This document shows, in pieces, positions 37,749 to 47,366 of a stretch of DNA of 64,000 nucleotides. Position 1 is the first letter of the stretch, and each line of letters starts with the position of its first letter. The stretch comes from Minisyncoccota bacterium (lineage in GTDB: Bacteria; Patescibacteriota; Minisyncoccia; Phycocordibacterales; GWA1-40-21). Where the stretch lies: the NCBI GenBank assembly GCA_041663045.1, contig JBAZRH010000001.1, positions 276,403 through 340,402 on the forward strand. Direction: 5' to 3'. The notes beneath the pieces are model-generated. The model had not been told where the DNA came from. It ran no database searches and saw nothing but the letters and a program-made list of their open reading frames with translations. The position numbers and the translations under genes are program-made.

Positions 37749-39950
37749 ATGAAATTATTAATCGTTGAGTCTCCGTCAAAAGCGAAGACAATAGAAAAAT
37801 ATTTGGAGGGTGCTTATACAGTAAAGGCGAGTGTGGGGCATATTCGTGATTTGCCAAAAAGCAATAAAAAGGCCATTGATATTGAAGGTGGTTTTATTCC
37901 CTTTTATGAAATCAGTCCTGGAAAAGAAAAAGTCGTTGCTGAAATAAAAAGTTTGGCAAAGCGAGCAGACGAAGTACTGCTCGCAACCGACCCTGACCGA
38001 GAAGGAGAAGCGATCGCATGGCATATCAAAGAAGCTGTTGGGCTCAAAAATCCAAAAAGGATTTGTTTTTATGAAATTACAAAAGAGGCGATAAAAGAGG
38101 CGTTGCAAAATCCTCGTGAAATAGATGAGAATCTACGAAAGGCACAGGAAGCAAGGCGTGTGCTAGACAGACTTGTCGGCTATGACCTTTCCGGCCTTAT
38201 TTGGAAAAAAGTGCGATATGGGCTTTCTGCCGGACGCGTTCAATCCCCCGCTCTTCGTATAATAATGGAGCGAGAAAGAGAAATCCGCGTATTCAAGCCA
38301 GAACAATTCTGGGTCTTGGAAGCTGATGTAAAAGTAAAGACGGGTGAACAAGTCACTTTATCTTGTGAAGATGAACCGCGAGATATTAAAATCGTCGAGA
38401 AAATCCTTGAACTTGGCAATAAAGAGCCTTGGACTGTAAAAAGTGTCACGGAAACAGAAGCCAAGAGAAGCTCAAGAGCACCATTTACAACATCCACACT
38501 TCAGCAGACTGCAAGCACTCGCCTCGGATACGCGCCATCAAAGACAATGAGCATAGCCCAGAAGCTTTATGAAGCCGGTCTTATTACATATATGAGAACA
38601 GACAGCACAAATATGAGCGCAGTGGCACAAGATCAAATCGCTACACTTGTAAATAAAAAATACGGAGCGAATTACGCGGAGAGAAAAGTCTATGCAACAA
38701 AAAGCAAAAACGCCCAGGAAGCACACGAGGCTATTCGTCCTACCCACGCAGAAAATGAAATCGAAGGATATACCGACGAGCAAAAAAGGCTTTACAGACT
38801 TATTTGGCAGAGAGCTGTCTCTTCGCAGATGGCTGATGCAAAAATATTGAGGACAAAGATCGTGGCACAGATTGGTGATGGCAAAGAAGCCACGAAAAAT
38901 GGAGTACCAACTCGTGGTGAACTTCCTGGCTTTTCTGCAAATGGTTCTCGCACTCTTTTTGACGGCTGGCTAAAAGCAGACCCAGAAGCCCGTGGAGAAG
39001 ATGTTGAATTGCCGACTATAAAAGCTCTTGAGCCTTTGAAACTTTTGGACTTGAGAAGTCAGGAAAAGTTTACCGAACCACCAGGCAGATATACAGAAGC
39101 GGGCCTTATAAAAGAACTTGAGAAAAGAGGTATCGGCAGACCTTCTACATACGCTTCTATTATGAGGACTATCGAAGATCGGGGTTATGTGCAGAAGCAA
39201 AACAAAACTCTCATGCCGACAGATACTGGAGAAGTGGTCAGCGATTTCCTTGAGAAAAACTTCCCTACTTATATCAGCGACACTTTCACAGCCGAAATGG
39301 AAGACGAGCTTGATGATATTTCAAATGGGAAAAGAGAATATACAAAAACCTTGAAAGATTTCTATGGTCCTTTCAAAAAAGATGTGAGGTCAAAAGATAA
39401 AATAGAAAAGACGAACAATCTTGGCGAGGCTGATCCTAGTATCAAATGTCCAAAATGTAATGGGCCGATGGTTATCAAACTTTCGAAGACAGGTAGGTTC
39501 TTGAGCTGTAAGAATTTTCCAGACTGTCTTGGTGCTAGAAAGATAACTGGCGAAGAACTTGAAGGGCCAAAAGAAACCGGTGAGAAATGCCCTGAATGTA
39601 AAGACGGTAAACTCATGGAGCGTGATGGTAAATTCGGCAGATTTATCGCTTGTTCAAATTATCCAAAATGCAAATTTATCAAAAAGGATGCCGAGCTTGA
39701 AAGACAAAACTCTACTGGCGTAGCTTGCCCAGTTTGTAAGACAGGTATGATGACAGAAAGACGCGGACGCTTCGGCCTATTCTATAGCTGTTCAAATTAT
39801 CCAAAGTGCAAAAATGCCATAAAAGCCAAGCCAACTGGCAATCTCTGCCCTACCTGTGGCGCCCTTATGATGCTCGGCACCAAAACCATACCTGAGCGTT
39901 GCAGTAATAAAGCCTGTGCAAATCATAATCCGCATAAATTAGGAAAGTAG
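37749..39950 (+). CDS. topA: DNA topoisomerase I with C-terminal zinc ribbons
   Basis: MKLLIVESPSKAKTI Toprim start, catalytic Tyr region, and four C-terminal Cys4 zinc ribbons. Confidence 0.9.
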   Translation: MKLLIVESPSKAKTIEKYLEGAYTVKASVGHIRDLPKSNKKAIDIEGGFIPFYEISPGKEKVVAEIKSLAKRADEVLLATDPDREGEAIAWHIKEAVGLKNPKRICFYEITKEAIKEALQNPREIDENLRKAQEARRVLDRLVGYDLSGLIWKKVRYGLSAGRVQSPALRIIMEREREIRVFKPEQFWVLEADVKVKTGEQVTLSCEDEPRDIKIVEKILELGNKEPWTVKSVTETEAKRSSRAPFTTSTLQQTASTRLGYAPSKTMSIAQKLYEAGLITYMRTDSTNMSAVAQDQIATLVNKKYGANYAERKVYATKSKNAQEAHEAIRPTHAENEIEGYTDEQKRLYRLIWQRAVSSQMADAKILRTKIVAQIGDGKEATKNGVPTRGELPGFSANGSRTLFDGWLKADPEARGEDVELPTIKALEPLKLLDLRSQEKFTEPPGRYTEAGLIKELEKRGIGRPSTYASIMRTIEDRGYVQKQNKTLMPTDTGEVVSDFLEKNFPTYISDTFTAEMEDELDDISNGKREYTKTLKDFYGPFKKDVRSKDKIEKTNNLGEADPSIKCPKCNGPMVIKLSKTGRFLSCKNFPDCLGARKITGEELEGPKETGEKCPECKDGKLMERDGKFGRFIACSNYPKCKFIKKDAELERQNSTGVACPVCKTGMMTERRGRFGLFYSCSNYPKCKNAIKAKPTGNLCPTCGALMMLGTKTIPERCSNKACANHNPHKLGK

Positions 39951-39982
39951 CTACTTAGTCTGTAGATTTTTAGGAAATACAA

Positions 39983-40030
39983 ACACATAGGGTTTTTGCT
40001 CCGCAAAAACCCTATGTGTATTTATTCTTA
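39983..40030 (+). terminator. Rho-independent terminator
   Basis: acacatagggtttttgc-tccg-caaaaaccctatgtgt followed by a T-rich run. Confidence 0.8.
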
Positions 40031-40048
40031 ATATGCTATTATTTATAT

Positions 40049-40591
40049 ATGCAAAATAACGGATCAAAAATCTTTGTCGGAATGTTAGTGATGACAAAAT
40101 TGAAATTGTTTGAAAATTCACCAGAAGAACTTGTAGCTATACTACAAAGAAGAGGTAAGATAGAATCAGAAAATGGAAAAGGATTTAAATGGCAGAAATT
40201 TTCTGGCTTATGTGAAGTAACATCGTATGGAAAAGCAGAAGAGGGAGAAAGTTGGGAACAAGCATTAGAAAGAGAGATGAATGAAGAGTTGGGAAATGAA
40301 GTTGCTACTGCGATCTTAAAATCTGAGAGAAAGATAATACATAAAATAACCGAGGATGACGGGGATGAGGTCACGGTTTGTGTATGTCTCTTACCAGCAG
40401 ATTTTCTAAACAAGCTTAAATTAGAAGTCTCTACTGGTGGTATCGAAATAATAACAAGGGGTGATTTAAATAAAGTTAAATATTTCAGATTTGGGACATT
40501 AGAAAACATAACATCTACAGATCTAAACGAAATAATAATAACAACACTACCGATTGAGAAATTGAAAGAATCCTTTGAAATATTTGGATAA
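40049..40591 (+). CDS. Nudix hydrolase
   Basis: Nudix box GKAEEGESWEQALEREMNEELGN. The start is uncertain (40016, 40049 or 40079). Confidence 0.65.
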   Translation: MQNNGSKIFVGMLVMTKLKLFENSPEELVAILQRRGKIESENGKGFKWQKFSGLCEVTSYGKAEEGESWEQALEREMNEELGNEVATAILKSERKIIHKITEDDGDEVTVCVCLLPADFLNKLKLEVSTGGIEIITRGDLNKVKYFRFGTLENITSTDLNEIIITTLPIEKLKESFEIFG

Positions 40592-40609
40592 TTCAGATAC
40601 TATATACAG

Positions 40610-42127
40610 ATGCCATATGAAGATATAATTTCATTGATGGACTCACCATCGAAAGATGATGTAGCGCTTATAAAAAAAGCAACAACTTTTGCTGAAGAAG
40701 CACATAAGGACATAAAGAGAAAATCTGGTGAACCTTATTTCAACCATGTCTTTGAGACAGCTAAAACTCTAGCAAGCTTCAAGACTGACTCTGCAACGAT
40801 AGCTGCAGGGCTTTTACATGATTCAATAGAAGATGGTGTGGCGACAGAAGAAGAAATAAAGAAAGGATTTGGAGATGAAATACTCTTTTTAGTAAACGGG
40901 GTTACAAAGCTTGGAAAAGTAAAGTATCGAGGAGCGGAAAGACATATAGAAAGCTTGAGGAAATTCATGGTGGCAATGTCACAAGATATTCGAGTACTCA
41001 TCATTCGTCTTGCCGACCGTCTTCATAATATGAAGACTTTACAATATGTCCGACCCGACAAACAAAAGAGAATTGCCCTTGAAACTCTCGAGATTTACGC
41101 ACCACTCGCCTACCGTCTTTCTATAAGGAAACTTTCACGTGAGCTTGAAGACCTCTCGTTTGAATATGTAAGCCCAGAGGAATATGATGGTACAGTAGTT
41201 CTCTTAAAACAAAAGAAAGACGAGACCTTACCACGATTGGAGAAATTTATAAAATCTGTAAAGAAAGCCCTAGCTAAGGAAAGAATGACAAATATAAAAA
41301 CAGACTATAGGCAGAAAGGAATATATAGTCTCTTTCAAAAACTCAAATCTAAAGGAAACGATATAGAAAAGGTCTATGATATATTGGCGTTGCGTGTAAT
41401 GCTACCCGATGTCCAAGATTGCTATAAAGCTCTCGGAATAATACACGGTGTGTGGAGACCGCTTCCAGGAAGAATAAAAGATTATATAGCGTTTCCAAAA
41501 CCAAACGGCTATCAAAGCTTGCATACTACAGTTTTCACTGGTGACGGTTCAGTAGTAGAAGTACAGATAAGAACGGAAGAAATGCACAGAAATGCTGAAT
41601 TCGGTATCGCCTCTCATATTTCATACAAAGATAGTCACAAAAATGGGAACAAAAGTTCTGATATTGATTGGTTTAGACAATTTCTACCAAGGACTATTAA
41701 TTTTGCAAAGGTAAATAAATTAAATAATAAAAAAGAAATGCCAGAGTGGATTACAGAACTTGCTGATTCTCAAGATGGAATAAAGACTAGTGGAGAAAGA
41801 GAGGAATTCTTAGAAGATCTAAAGGCCGACTTCTTCTGTCAAAGGATTTTTGTGTTTACACCAAAAGGAGAGGTAGTAGATTTGCCTACTGGTTCATCTA
41901 CTCTTGATTTCGCATATGCGATTCATTCTGACGTAGGGGACCACGCAAGTGGAGCGAAGATAAATGGCAAACTCGTAGCCATGAAAACAGAATTAAATAA
42001 TGGTGATATTGTAGAGATTAGCACAAGTAAATCTAGTAAACCAAGTTCCAAATGGTTGGAAATTGTAAAGACGAATATGGCGAAAAGACATATTAATAAT
42101 TATTTGGAGAAGCAGAAGAAAAAATAA
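40610..42127 (+). CDS. rel: Short bifunctional RelA/SpoT-homolog (HD hydrolase + synthetase + TGS domains)
   Basis: HD motif HDSIED, synthetase region (RIKDYIAFPKPNGYQSLHTTV) and a TGS domain. No ACT domain. Confidence 0.85.
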   Translation: MPYEDIISLMDSPSKDDVALIKKATTFAEEAHKDIKRKSGEPYFNHVFETAKTLASFKTDSATIAAGLLHDSIEDGVATEEEIKKGFGDEILFLVNGVTKLGKVKYRGAERHIESLRKFMVAMSQDIRVLIIRLADRLHNMKTLQYVRPDKQKRIALETLEIYAPLAYRLSIRKLSRELEDLSFEYVSPEEYDGTVVLLKQKKDETLPRLEKFIKSVKKALAKERMTNIKTDYRQKGIYSLFQKLKSKGNDIEKVYDILALRVMLPDVQDCYKALGIIHGVWRPLPGRIKDYIAFPKPNGYQSLHTTVFTGDGSVVEVQIRTEEMHRNAEFGIASHISYKDSHKNGNKSSDIDWFRQFLPRTINFAKVNKLNNKKEMPEWITELADSQDGIKTSGEREEFLEDLKADFFCQRIFVFTPKGEVVDLPTGSSTLDFAYAIHSDVGDHASGAKINGKLVAMKTELNNGDIVEISTSKSSKPSSKWLEIVKTNMAKRHINNYLEKQKKK

Positions 42128-42320
42128 ACTCCCTCCGCCCCGCCATTTTCTCACCAGTGTGCCTTCACCCCAAAGAAAATCATAGTCGCTGTTCTATACG
42201 AAAAATCAAGAACTCGCCACATCAGAATGTGTCTCAAACAACTTGATTTTTCTAAACAGCTCTTTGATTTTACTTGGGGTTCTCGGCAATGGTGAGAAAA
42301 TGGCGGGGCTTCGGTCAACA
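42128..42320. repeat. Intergenic repeat, family B copy 2 (long palindromic form)
   Basis: ccgccccgccattttctcaccagtg...caatggtgagaaaatggcggggcttcgg arms. Its core matches 9948-10070 and, inverted, 53500-53645. Confidence 0.8.
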
Positions 42321-42336
42321 GTTGACTCCACAAAAA

Positions 42337-43323
42337 CTAAAGCGAGAAGTTTTTCACCGAATACATATCCTCATTTTCTTCATCGGCTTTCTTTTCTTCC
42401 GCACTTCTATCATCTATCGGCGCCTCCTCCACAACAGGCTTTATCTCCCCCACTTCTGTAATATGTTTATTGAGCAATTCATCCACCTTCCTCTTTTTCT
42501 GATTTTCCACCATATCAAGTATGGCGCGTAAATCTTCATTTGAGAAAAAGTCTATAGTAATCTTCCCTCCGTTTTGCCCCTTTTCTATATGAACTCTCGT
42601 ACCAAGAGAATCTGTGAATTTCTGTTCGAGTGATGTAATTTCAGGATCGATAATAATTTCTTTCTTCCTTGCTTTATCAAAAGCGATTTTTCTGGCAATA
42701 AGTTCGGCATCGCGCACTGTCATCTTCTTATAAAGAATTTCTTTAAATAAAGTCTCCTGTTCGTCTTTCCTGTCCAAAAGCATAAGAAGTGGGCGTGTAT
42801 GTCCCTCGCTTATTTTTCCTTCCCTAAGGGCCAAAAGCATATGCTGTGGCAACAGTAATATACGAAGGCTATTAGATACATATTCCCTACTCTTGCCCAT
42901 TTTCTGGGCAATCTGGATATGTTTAAGACCAAATTGATCTGCAAGCTGTCTAAATGCTTCGGCTCTATCCACAGCGTTCAAATCTTCTCTTTGGAGGTTT
43001 TCAATGATAGCGAGTTCAAGCTTCATCAGATCTGATTCGTCTTTTGAACGAATAACTACAGGTACTTGAGGAATACCCGCGATCTTTGATGCGCGAAGTC
43101 TGCGTTCACCGGAGATAAGCTCATACTCAACCAAAATACCATCTTCTTTAACTATTTCATTTCTTGTGACAACAAGGGGCTGGAGAACACCATATTGCTT
43201 AATAGATTCAGCAAGGTCTTTGAGCTTAAGTTCGTCAAACTCCTTTCTTGGTTGATACGGGTTCGGCTTTATTTTATCTGTCTCAACCCAAAATATTGAA
43301 TCGCTAAAAAACTGTGATGACAT
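42337..43323 (-). CDS. parB: Chromosome partitioning protein ParB
   Basis: ParB box GERRLRASKIAGIPQVPVVI, an HTH and a C-terminal dimerisation domain. Likely start is MSSQFFSD at 43323; the longer ORF extension would overlap tRNA-Leu. Confidence 0.85.
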   Translation of the reverse strand: MSSQFFSDSIFWVETDKIKPNPYQPRKEFDELKLKDLAESIKQYGVLQPLVVTRNEIVKEDGILVEYELISGERRLRASKIAGIPQVPVVIRSKDESDLMKLELAIIENLQREDLNAVDRAEAFRQLADQFGLKHIQIAQKMGKSREYVSNSLRILLLPQHMLLALREGKISEGHTRPLLMLLDRKDEQETLFKEILYKKMTVRDAELIARKIAFDKARKKEIIIDPEITSLEQKFTDSLGTRVHIEKGQNGGKITIDFFSNEDLRAILDMVENQKKRKVDELLNKHITEVGEIKPVVEEAPIDDRSAEEKKADEENEDMYSVKNFSL

Positions 43324-43401
43324 AATTGATATTATTTTAGCACATAAAAAGAATCTATTAAAATTGATTTTTGTGTATAAATTGTGTAGTATTTGGGTGA
43401 T

Positions 43402-43485
43402 GCCGGAGTGGCGGAATTGGTAGACGCGCACGACTCAAAATCGTGTTTCGAAAGGGGTGAGGGTTCGAGTCCCTCCTCCGGCACA
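43402..43485 (+). tRNA. tRNA-Leu (anticodon CAA), long variable arm
   Basis: GCCGGAGTGGCGGAATTGGTAGACGCGCACGACTCAAAATCGTG...GGGTTCGAGTCCCTCCTCCGGCA. The anticodon loop is CTCAAAA. Confidence 0.85.
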
Positions 43486-43802
43486 TGAATTATATCTTCA
43501 TAGGACTTATGGTGTTAGTTGCTATTATAGAGACCGTGGGAGATATTCTGTTTAAATTTTGGGCAATACAAAATAAAAATTTATTTTTAATCTCCGGTGT
43601 TCTCCTGTATGTAATTGCCACCATAATCTTTGCTTTTTCTTTAAGATATGAAGCCTTATCAAAAGCAATATCAATATTTTCAATCATGACTTTAATTCTT
43701 GTTGTACTTGCAGGCTTTTTTATATTTAAAGAAAATGTAACCATTATACAAAAGATTGGAATCTTGTTGGGGATAATAAGTATTGTGTTAATTGAGATAT
43801 GA
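43485..43802 (+). CDS. Small four-TM transporter-like protein (SMR/EamA-like)
   Basis: 105 aa with four hydrophobic helices. Confidence 0.5.
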   Translation: MNYIFIGLMVLVAIIETVGDILFKFWAIQNKNLFLISGVLLYVIATIIFAFSLRYEALSKAISIFSIMTLILVVLAGFFIFKENVTIIQKIGILLGIISIVLIEI

Positions 43803-44692
43803 AAAAGAAAATCTTAGTCATCCTCGGCCCTACTGCCACAGGCAAAAGCGATATTGCTGTAAAGCTCGCACAGATTTTTAATGGAGAGATAATCGGTGCC
43901 GACTCAAGACAGGTTTACAAAGAATTAAATCTAGCATCCGGAAAAATCACTAAAAAAGAAATGGGTGGTATTAAACACTATCTTCTTGACGTCGCCGATT
44001 TGAATAACGATTTCAGTGTCGCTATTTTCAAAGACCTCACTGTAAAAGCTATAAATGAAATCTGGGCAAAAGGTAAAGTACCGATAATCTGCGGTGGTAC
44101 CGGTTTTTATATTGAATCAATAGTAAAAAATATTTCCATGCCGGAAGTTCCGGCTAATAAAGAATTGAGAGGAAAGCTTTCTAAAAAGAGTACAATGGAG
44201 CTTTTTGAAATACTTTCTAAACTCGATCCAAAGAGAGCAGAAAAAATAGATAAAAATAATCCTGTCCGTCTCATAAGGGCAATTGAAATAGCAATAAAAC
44301 TTGGCAATATCCCACAAAATACAATGGGCGAACCTATTGCAGATTTTATACAAATCGGACTTGATTTACCAGACAATATTTTAAAAGAAAAAATATTGAA
44401 AAGAATAAATGATAGATTGAATGTCGGAATGATTGAAGAAATTGAAGATATTTTAAAAAGTGGTATTAGAGAAAAAAAACTCTCTTCACTCGGGCTTGAG
44501 CCACGCCATATTTTGAGATTTCTAAAAAAAGAGGTGACAAAAGAACAGATGATTGCCGATCTATTCAAAGACACTTGGGCTTTTGCAAAAAGGCAAAGGA
44601 CTTGGTTTAAACGAGACAAGGATATAAAATGGTTTAAAAAAGAGGAAAAAGATATCGAGAAAATTGCTGATTCTATAAAAGAGAGGTTATAA
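43799..44692 (+). CDS. miaA: tRNA dimethylallyltransferase MiaA
   Basis: P-loop ILGPTATGKSD plus the DSRQVYK motif. Confidence 0.9.
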   Translation: MKKKILVILGPTATGKSDIAVKLAQIFNGEIIGADSRQVYKELNLASGKITKKEMGGIKHYLLDVADLNNDFSVAIFKDLTVKAINEIWAKGKVPIICGGTGFYIESIVKNISMPEVPANKELRGKLSKKSTMELFEILSKLDPKRAEKIDKNNPVRLIRAIEIAIKLGNIPQNTMGEPIADFIQIGLDLPDNILKEKILKRINDRLNVGMIEEIEDILKSGIREKKLSSLGLEPRHILRFLKKEVTKEQMIADLFKDTWAFAKRQRTWFKRDKDIKWFKKEEKDIEKIADSIKERL

Positions 44693-44696
44693 TTTG

Positions 44697-44767
44697 CGGG
44701 CGATGGAGGAATCGGACCTCCGACAGCGGTTTTGGAGACCGCAGTTATACCACTTAACTAATCGCCC
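44697..44767 (-). tRNA. tRNA-Trp (anticodon CCA)
   Basis: The reverse complement GGGCGATTAGTTAAGTGGTATAACTGCGGTCTCCAAAACCGCTGTCGGAGGTCCGATTCCTCCATCGCCCG has the anticodon loop CTCCAAA. Confidence 0.85.
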
Positions 44768-44803
44768 GTGGTTAAACAAATATAACATAAAATTTCAAAA
44801 TGA

Positions 44804-44830
44804 AAAACCACCGCAAGGTGGTTTTTCTGA
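44804..44830. terminator. Bidirectional terminator downstream of rpmG
   Basis: aaaaaccaccgcaaggtggttttt. Confidence 0.75.
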
Positions 44831-44859
44831 TTCTGTATACTGAATACTTATACCATATA

Positions 44860-45018
44860 TTACTTCTTGATTTCCTTGTGTGGGGTATTCTTTTTGCACC
44901 ATTTACACCACTTCTTGAGCTCGATTTTGCGCTCAACTTTCTTCTTGTTTTTCCTGCTCCAGTAATTTACTCTTTTACAGTCTTTACAGGCAAGTTTTAT
45001 CAATTGATCTTGTGACAT
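44860..45018 (-). CDS. rpmG: 50S ribosomal protein L33 (zinc-ribbon type)
   Basis: MSQDQLIKLACKDCKRVNYWSRKNKKKVERKIELKKWCKWCKKNTPHKEIKK has the C4 L33 pattern and the ELKK(Y/W)C motif. Absent from the ORF track (52 aa). It overlaps a spurious plus-strand ORF at 44800-45015. Confidence 0.75.
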   Translation of the reverse strand: MSQDQLIKLACKDCKRVNYWSRKNKKKVERKIELKKWCKWCKKNTPHKEIKK

Positions 45019-45074
45019 AATATTATTATTTAAGTCAGCAAAGTATAGCCCAAAATGTCGAAAAAAGCAAATGA

Positions 45075-46751
45075 TTAGAGTTCGCTCGTATCCGGCACAA
45101 TCGGTCTGACTTTCCAGAACTTTTTGTGTAGGGTCTTGATGGTCTCTTCAAGCTCCACGCTTCCAAGTAATTTAAGCACTATAATACAGGCAATAATACC
45201 CATTATTCCAGAGAATAATCCTTGCAACAGAATGCCGAAAAAAGTATTTATATTTAAAATATCATCGAAAAGATTTAGACCGAGATAAGCTACAGCTCCC
45301 ATTATCACGGAAGCGGAAAAACTTTGAAAGAGAGTATTGAAAAGTGTCTTTGAAAAATCTTTGAATGCGCGTCCAAACATAGTCCAAAGCATTATGCAGT
45401 TTAATATTTGTGCCAGAGAAAAACCAAGGCCAAGCATAAGTACATTTGTACCAGAAAGATCATCGACCCTGAATAAATGTTCAGTGAAATATCTAAACAT
45501 TGGGAAAATATCAAAAAGCTTTACAAATACATATGAAAAGACAATCGTAAATATTCCAGTTGCAAGACTCGTATATAAAGATTTGCCTGTATTCCCTGTC
45601 GCATAAAAACCTCTAATAAAAAGCAAGACGAGTGCTTGAGCAACCACGGAAACTGAAAAGATTGCAAGTGTCGCTGCAGTGAGCTTGGTATCAGACCAGT
45701 CAAAATTCCCTGCTCCATAAATTGTCCTGACTATCTGTGCACGAAGGACGATAAAAAGGACGCTGACCGGAATAGACCAAAAGAGAATATGTCTTGCTCC
45801 AGTAATAATATGTGAAATAAACTCCTCTCTTTGACCATTTGTAAATAACCTAGCAAGTGTTGGAAATGCTGCTATGGAATAGCTGACACCTATAATAGTA
45901 AGGGGTACAGATTGAAGATTTATCGCAAAGTTAAAAATAGAAATAGATCCGTCTTTCATAAAAGAAGCAATACCCAAAAGTGCGATAATAGAAATCTGTG
46001 TCATACCGAGAGTAATTGTCCTCGGAATAGAAATTATTATAATTTTCTTAATTGACTGAAAATCAAAATATATAGGCCATGGTTTAAAAAGACAGCTCGC
46101 GAATACAAAAGGAAGTTGTATAGCAAGATGCATAATAGCGCCGATAATTACCCCATAAGCAAGGCCATAAATACCAAAAATTGGATACAAAAATATGACT
46201 CCGGCAATAATACCTATATTGTAAAAAAGTGGACTTAAAGCATAAACCAAAAATCTTTTGCCTACTTGGGTAATACTCGCTAAGAAGTTTGAGATGCCGA
46301 GAAGAATCGGTGAAAGGAGCAGAATCCTCGTCATAGTTATAAGTTCTGGAAAGAGATTCTTATCCATACCGCTAAATATGTGCGGTGCAATATATGGTAT
46401 TAAAATGTAAGCGATGATGCTGACTAAAATTATTAAAATAAAGAAAAATGAGAAAATACTATTTATAAATTTCTTTCCTTCTTCTCTATCCTTATCAAGT
46501 CTTTCTGTGATAAATGGGACGAGCACAGATATTGATACGAGAGACGCTACTGTGACAAAGATAAAATCCGGAATTCTGAAAGATGAATAATAGACATCAA
46601 GAGTCGTACTTGCACCAAAAGTTGAAGCAAATATCCTATCACGAAATAGTGCTAGGATTTGAGATAGAAGAGCAAAAATACCAAGCAAATAAGCAGCCTC
46701 GTGCAAGCCGTTTATCTCTTTATAAAAAATACTGAAAAACTTTTTAACCAC
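45075..46751 (-). CDS. murJ: Lipid II flippase MurJ (MviN)
   Basis: 558 aa, 14 predicted TM helices, MurJ/MviN-like N-terminal region. Confidence 0.75.
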   Translation of the reverse strand: MVKKFFSIFYKEINGLHEAAYLLGIFALLSQILALFRDRIFASTFGASTTLDVYYSSFRIPDFIFVTVASLVSISVLVPFITERLDKDREEGKKFINSIFSFFFILIILVSIIAYILIPYIAPHIFSGMDKNLFPELITMTRILLLSPILLGISNFLASITQVGKRFLVYALSPLFYNIGIIAGVIFLYPIFGIYGLAYGVIIGAIMHLAIQLPFVFASCLFKPWPIYFDFQSIKKIIIISIPRTITLGMTQISIIALLGIASFMKDGSISIFNFAINLQSVPLTIIGVSYSIAAFPTLARLFTNGQREEFISHIITGARHILFWSIPVSVLFIVLRAQIVRTIYGAGNFDWSDTKLTAATLAIFSVSVVAQALVLLFIRGFYATGNTGKSLYTSLATGIFTIVFSYVFVKLFDIFPMFRYFTEHLFRVDDLSGTNVLMLGLGFSLAQILNCIMLWTMFGRAFKDFSKTLFNTLFQSFSASVIMGAVAYLGLNLFDDILNINTFFGILLQGLFSGIMGIIACIIVLKLLGSVELEETIKTLHKKFWKVRPIVPDTSEL

Positions 46752-46815
46752 GCTATTTTTGTTTTATTCGTATAGTATACAAGAGAAAGGCTTAAAATAA
46801 AATGTTAATAATGAG

Positions 46816-46848
46816 AAAGGGGCGCGCCTTACGGCGCGCCCCCTCCAT
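46816..46848 (-). terminator. Terminator following rnpB
   Basis: ggggcgcgcc-ttac-ggcgcgcccc. On the minus strand it is followed by TTTCTCATTATT. Confidence 0.6.
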
Positions 46849-47203
46849 AACCTTTATACCTATAAGCCGAATTCTGTCTCCTACTTTTTACAGTAAGTAG
46901 ACGGTCATCTATCTGGGCTACTGATTACTCAGTCGCTCAAGCGGCGCTCCAAGCATCAAATGGTGCTCGGCACGGCCTTGCACAGAGGTAAGGATTTTGT
47001 CGTTGCACTTCTGCGTCTCCGCAAAATTATTCCCGAAGGAATCCTAGCCTTTCGGCATCGGCGTCACTGTTCGCACCTCTTAGATTGCTCTAGACGGGCG
47101 TTACCCGCTACCCAAATCCATCCGCCCGAAGGCGTACGCTGTGTTCGGACTTTCCTCCAGCTATTTGCATAGCCAGCGACCATCCAATACAAAGGCAAAA
47201 TAA
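46848..47203 (-). ncRNA. rnpB: RNase P RNA (bacterial type)
   Basis: The reverse complement contains GGAGGAAAGTCCGAACAC (the P4 5' strand GGAAAGUCCG), GGGTAACGCCCG, AGATAGATGACCGTCTAC and the 3' region GACAGAATTCGGCTTATAGG (P4 3' strand ACAGAAnnCGGCUUA). A TTGCAT-N17-TATACT promoter sits upstream on the minus strand. Local GC is about 50%. Confidence 0.85.
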
Positions 47204-47366
47204 GTATACAATGGGCTATAAAATAATGCAAGTATCGCCTTGACTTTACTATCATAATATGATAGCATACTAAACGGAAAGTCAGGAGGATTAGTGATTA
47301 CTAACTCCCCCATTGACAATTGAATATGCGGTCAAAAAGGCGCTAATTTGCGCGAAAGGTTTGGAC

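Noticed and set aside
44800-45015. Plus-strand ORF 44800-45015 (71 aa)
   Set aside because: It overlaps the minus-strand rpmG (L33) gene and a bidirectional terminator hairpin, has no RBS, and is not the L33 reading frame.
46960-47255. Six-frame ORFs 46960-47172 (+) and 47064-47255 (-)
   Set aside because: They lie entirely within the RNase P RNA gene and have no RBS or protein-like composition. They are artefacts of the GC-rich structured RNA.
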